Shown in pieces: positions 60,449 to 64,000 of a stretch of 64,000 nucleotides of DNA. The notes under the pieces are model-generated. The model was given only the letters and a program-made list of their open reading frames with translations. It ran no database searches and was not told the DNA's origin. The number at the start of each line of letters is the position of its first letter. Within the stretch, counting starts at the first letter, position 1. A program made the translations under genes and the position numbers. Source of the DNA: Mobula hypostoma (Eukaryota); contig NC_086108.1 of assembly GCF_963921235.1 (NCBI RefSeq), forward strand, positions 112,842,001-112,906,000, given 5' to 3'.

Positions 60449-63325
60449 AATATTCTATGTTATAAGGAATACATTCCTAACCTATTCAATCTTACAACTC
60501 AGTCCTCTATACCCAGCAACATCCTTGTAAATTTTCTCTGTATTCTTTCAACCTTGTTTACATCTTTTCTGTATCTAGGTGACTAAAATTGCACACAATA
60601 CTCCAAACATGGCTTCACTAGTGTCTTATACAACTTCAACATAACGTCCCAGCTCCTGTACTCAATATGTTGATTTATGAAGACCAAGGTAGCAAAAGCT
60701 TTCATAGGCAGATAGGTTTGTAGAGATGTCACTTTCAATGAATTTTGGGGCTATATTCCCAGATCTCTTTGTTCTACAACGCTCCTCAGTGCCCTACTAT
60801 ACACTATGTAAGATCTATCCTGGTTGTTCCTACTGAGGTTCAAACCCTCGCACTTGTCTGCATTAAATTCTGTCTGCCATTTTTCAGCCCATTTTTCTAG
60901 CTGATGCAGATCCCTCTGCAATTGATGATAGCCTTCCTCACTATCCACTACACCCACAATCTTGATGCCATCCTCAAAGTTGCTGATCTAGTTAACCACA
61001 TTATCATCCAGATCATTGATATAGACGACAAACAACAAAGGACCCAGCACTGATCCCTGCCACAGGCCTCCAGTCAGAGAGGCAACCATCTACTACCACT
61101 CCCTGGCTTCTCCCACAAAGCCAATGTCCTATCCAATGCCGAATGACTGAACTGTCTTGACCAGCCTCCCATGCGGGACATTGTCAAATGCCTTACTAAG
61201 GTCCATGTCGACAACATCCACCGCCTTGCCTTCATCCACCTTCCTGGTGACTACCTCAAAAAACTCTATAAGATTGGTTAGATATGAACTAACACACATA
61301 AAGTCATGCTGACTATCCTTAATCAGTCCATGTCTACCCAAATACTTATATATCCAGTCCTTTAGAATACCTTCCAATAATTTTCCCACAACTGGTGTCA
61401 GACACAACAGTCTATAATTTCCTGGTTTATGTTTAGAGCCCTTTTCAAAAAGCACAAACAACACTGGCTATCCTCCAGTCCTCTGGTACCTCTCCTGTCG
61501 CTAATGACGTTTAAAATATCTGGAGGGAACACCTCGTCAGGCCCTGGGGATTTATCCACCCTGCTCTGCCTCAGGGTGGCAAGCATCTCCTTCCCTGTCA
61601 TCTGCACAGGGTCCATGAAGTTGATGCCACTTTGCCTCACTTCTACAGACTCCCGAGTAACTACAGATGCAAAAAGTGTATTTATGATCTCCCCCATCTG
61701 TCCTGGCTCCACACATGGATTACCATTCTGATCTTCCAGAAGACCAGTTTTGTCCCTTGCAATCCTTTTGCTCTTAGCATATCTGTAGAATTCATTAGGA
61801 TTCTCCTTCACCTTGTCTGCTGGAGCAACCTCATGCCTTCCTTTAGCCCTCCTGATGTATTTAAGTGTTCTCTTGCATTTCTTGTACTCCATAAGTACCT
61901 CATTTGTTCCTACCTGCCTCTGTCTGCAGTGCACCTCTGTTTTCCTCTTAACCAGGGCCTCAATATCACTTGAAAACCAAGGTTCCCTACACTTGTTATT
62001 GTCACCTTTTATTCTCACATACAAGCTGTGTACTCTCAAAATTTCATTTTTGAAGACCTTCCATTTTTCCAAGTACACCTTTGCCAGAAAATAGCCTTTC
62101 CCAATCCACACTTGCCAGATCCTTTCTGACACCATCAAAAGTGACCTTTCTCCAATTTAAAATCTCAACCTGTGGACCAGACCTACCTCCTTGCATATTT
62201 ACTTTGAAACCAATGTCATTGTGGTCACTGGATGCGAAGGGTTCCCCTATTCTGCTGATCATCACAGCATCTATTTGACAACAATTGATTAATCTATATT
62301 CTAAACCGTACTGAAACAATACAAAATAAAGCCCTTGCAAACAGCCTGACCGAGCATCCTCACAGTGATCATCCTTTATTTGACTCCAACTCTCTCAGGT
62401 TAATAAAAGTGGAAATTCACACTCTTTATTTCAAATAGATCTTTTATTAATTAGCAAACACAGCTTGTCTGTAGATGTGGGGAATTTAGAAGTTGTGTAA
62501 TGGGGGGTGGGGACATGGAATTGATCAAGGGCAGTTTTTTTTAGGAAATTTGGAAAACAGGTATTTCTGAGGGAGGCTGAGAGAAAGGTGTTTTCAATCA
62601 GGAGGAAGATTGTGGCCCAGGGTAGCAGATCAATGTTGCTGGGGGCAGGGAAAGAGGGATGCAGTCTATGCAGCGTAGTAAAAGCTGTTAGGATGTTGGG
62701 AACCAGGCAAATGTCATAGTTAGGCACAGAATGACAATGAGCCCCAGGAGTGTTCATTAATCCTACGACAATCGGCACGGACTAGAAGGGCCGAGATGGC
62801 CTGTTTCCGTGCTGTAATTGTTATATGGTTATATAGTTACACAAACATCTGTCACCTGTCCTGTTTCATTCCCTAATAGCAGATCCAGTATTGCATGCTG
62901 TGTCTTTGGGACTTCTACATACTGATGAATGAAACTTTCCTCAATGCATTTAACAAACTGTCCCATCTAGTTCTTTTACAATATGGGACTTCCAGTCAAT
63001 ATGTGGAAAGTTAAAATCACCTACTATAACAATCTTGTGTTTCTTGCATAGAGGTCATGGGTTAAGGGTTACAGTTGAAAAGTTTAAGGGGAACAGGAGG
63101 GGGAACTGCTTCATTAGAGGGTGGTGAGCTGCCAGCACCAATGGTGGATGTGGTTTTGTTTTCAATATTTAAGAGAAATTGGGATAGGTACATGCATGGG
63201 AATGGTATTGAGCGCTATGGGCTGGGAGCAAGTCGATGGGGGCAGCCAGTTTAAACGGCTTGGCACGGACTAGATGGGCAGAAAGGTCTGCTTTAGTGCT
63301 GTAGTTTTCTATGACTATGACTCTA

Positions 63326-63632
63326 TGGTCAAGAGGTTCAGTTGTTGTTCAGACTAAACATCAGAATGGGGAGGAAATGTGATCTAAGTGACTTTGACTG
63401 TGGAATGATTGTTGGTGCCAGACAGGGTGGTTTGTATATCCCAGAAACTGCTGATCTCCTGGGATTTTCACACACAACAGTCTCTGGAGTTAACAGAGAG
63501 TGGCGGGAAAAACAGAAAAAAACATCCAGTGAGTGGCAGTTCTGTGGGTGAAAATGCCTTGTTGATGAGAGAGGTCAGAGGAGAATGGCCAGACTGGTTC
63601 AAGCTGACAGGAAGGTGACAGTAACTCAAATA
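63326..63632 (+). mobile_element. Tc1-like transposase N-terminal remnant; its 5' end probably lies at about 54368-54560
   Basis: MGRKCDLSDFDCGMIVGAR..G..I.ETA.LLGFS.TTVS paired-like HTH. Confidence 0.75.
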
Positions 63633-63699
63633 ACTGGAGACAGTGTGTGAGGGAGGATAGGCAGGTGATAGAGAAGGGACATGCTCAGACCGATGGTTT

Positions 63700-64000
63700 G
63701 TGATGTGTCTATTTTAATGCAAGGAGTTGATGAAAGAGAACTTGATGAAGGTGAGGACAATATGAGTGAGGTTGATGTTCTGGAGCATGTTGATATTAAG
63801 GGAGAGGAGGTGTTGGAGTTGTTAAAATACATTAGGACGGATAAGTCCCTGGGGCCTCTCGGAATATTCCCCAGGCTGCTCCATGAGGCGAGGGAAGAGA
63901 TTGCTGAGCCTCTGGCTAGGATCTTTATGTCCTCGTTGTCCACGGGAATGGTACCGGACGATTGGAGGGAGGCAAGTGTTGTCCCCTTGTTCAAAAAAGG
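63700..64000 (+). mobile_element. CR1 ORF2 fragment running off the window
   Basis: DKSLG..GIFPRLL.EAREEIAEPL..IF..SL.TG.VP.DWR.ASVVPLFKK. Confidence 0.85.

Larger units (their letters stand above)
54575..63050 (-). mobile_element. Decayed CR1 hosting the L1 (3' part 54575-54937; remainder 60449-63050, with further insertions)
   Basis: Collinear CR1 ORF2 fragments (PGNYR, DLSKAFDNVPH, WAEKWQ.EFN) across the L1 TSD. Confidence 0.82.

Overview
Vertebrate nuclear DNA. The repeat landscape (CR1, Neptune-type Penelope, HE1/V-SINE-like and Deu-like SINEs) suggests a cartilaginous fish, probably a ray; this is inference. One host gene is recognisable: ZNHIT6 (BCD1, box C/D snoRNP assembly factor) on the minus strand. 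Seven coding exons (52242 to 3912) splice in phase with GT-AG sites, and the remaining exons lie left of the window. A CpG-island promoter carries a 43-bp GC-box minisatellite. Most of the remainder is transposon-derived: a divergent inverted pair of Penelope-like elements, several minimal hammerhead-ribozyme motifs in Penelope termini and short palindromic derivatives, a 7-kb 37-bp G-rich satellite, a chimeric Tx1-like LINE containing a 33-bp GAAA-hairpin array, a full-length decayed L1, pogo/Tigger/Tc1 DNA transposons, a solo LTR and many nested CR1/RTE/Rex1 fragments. No prokaryotic-type system or CRISPR array is present. Family names are from recalled motifs, not database searches, and repeat boundaries are approximate unless a TSD is quoted.
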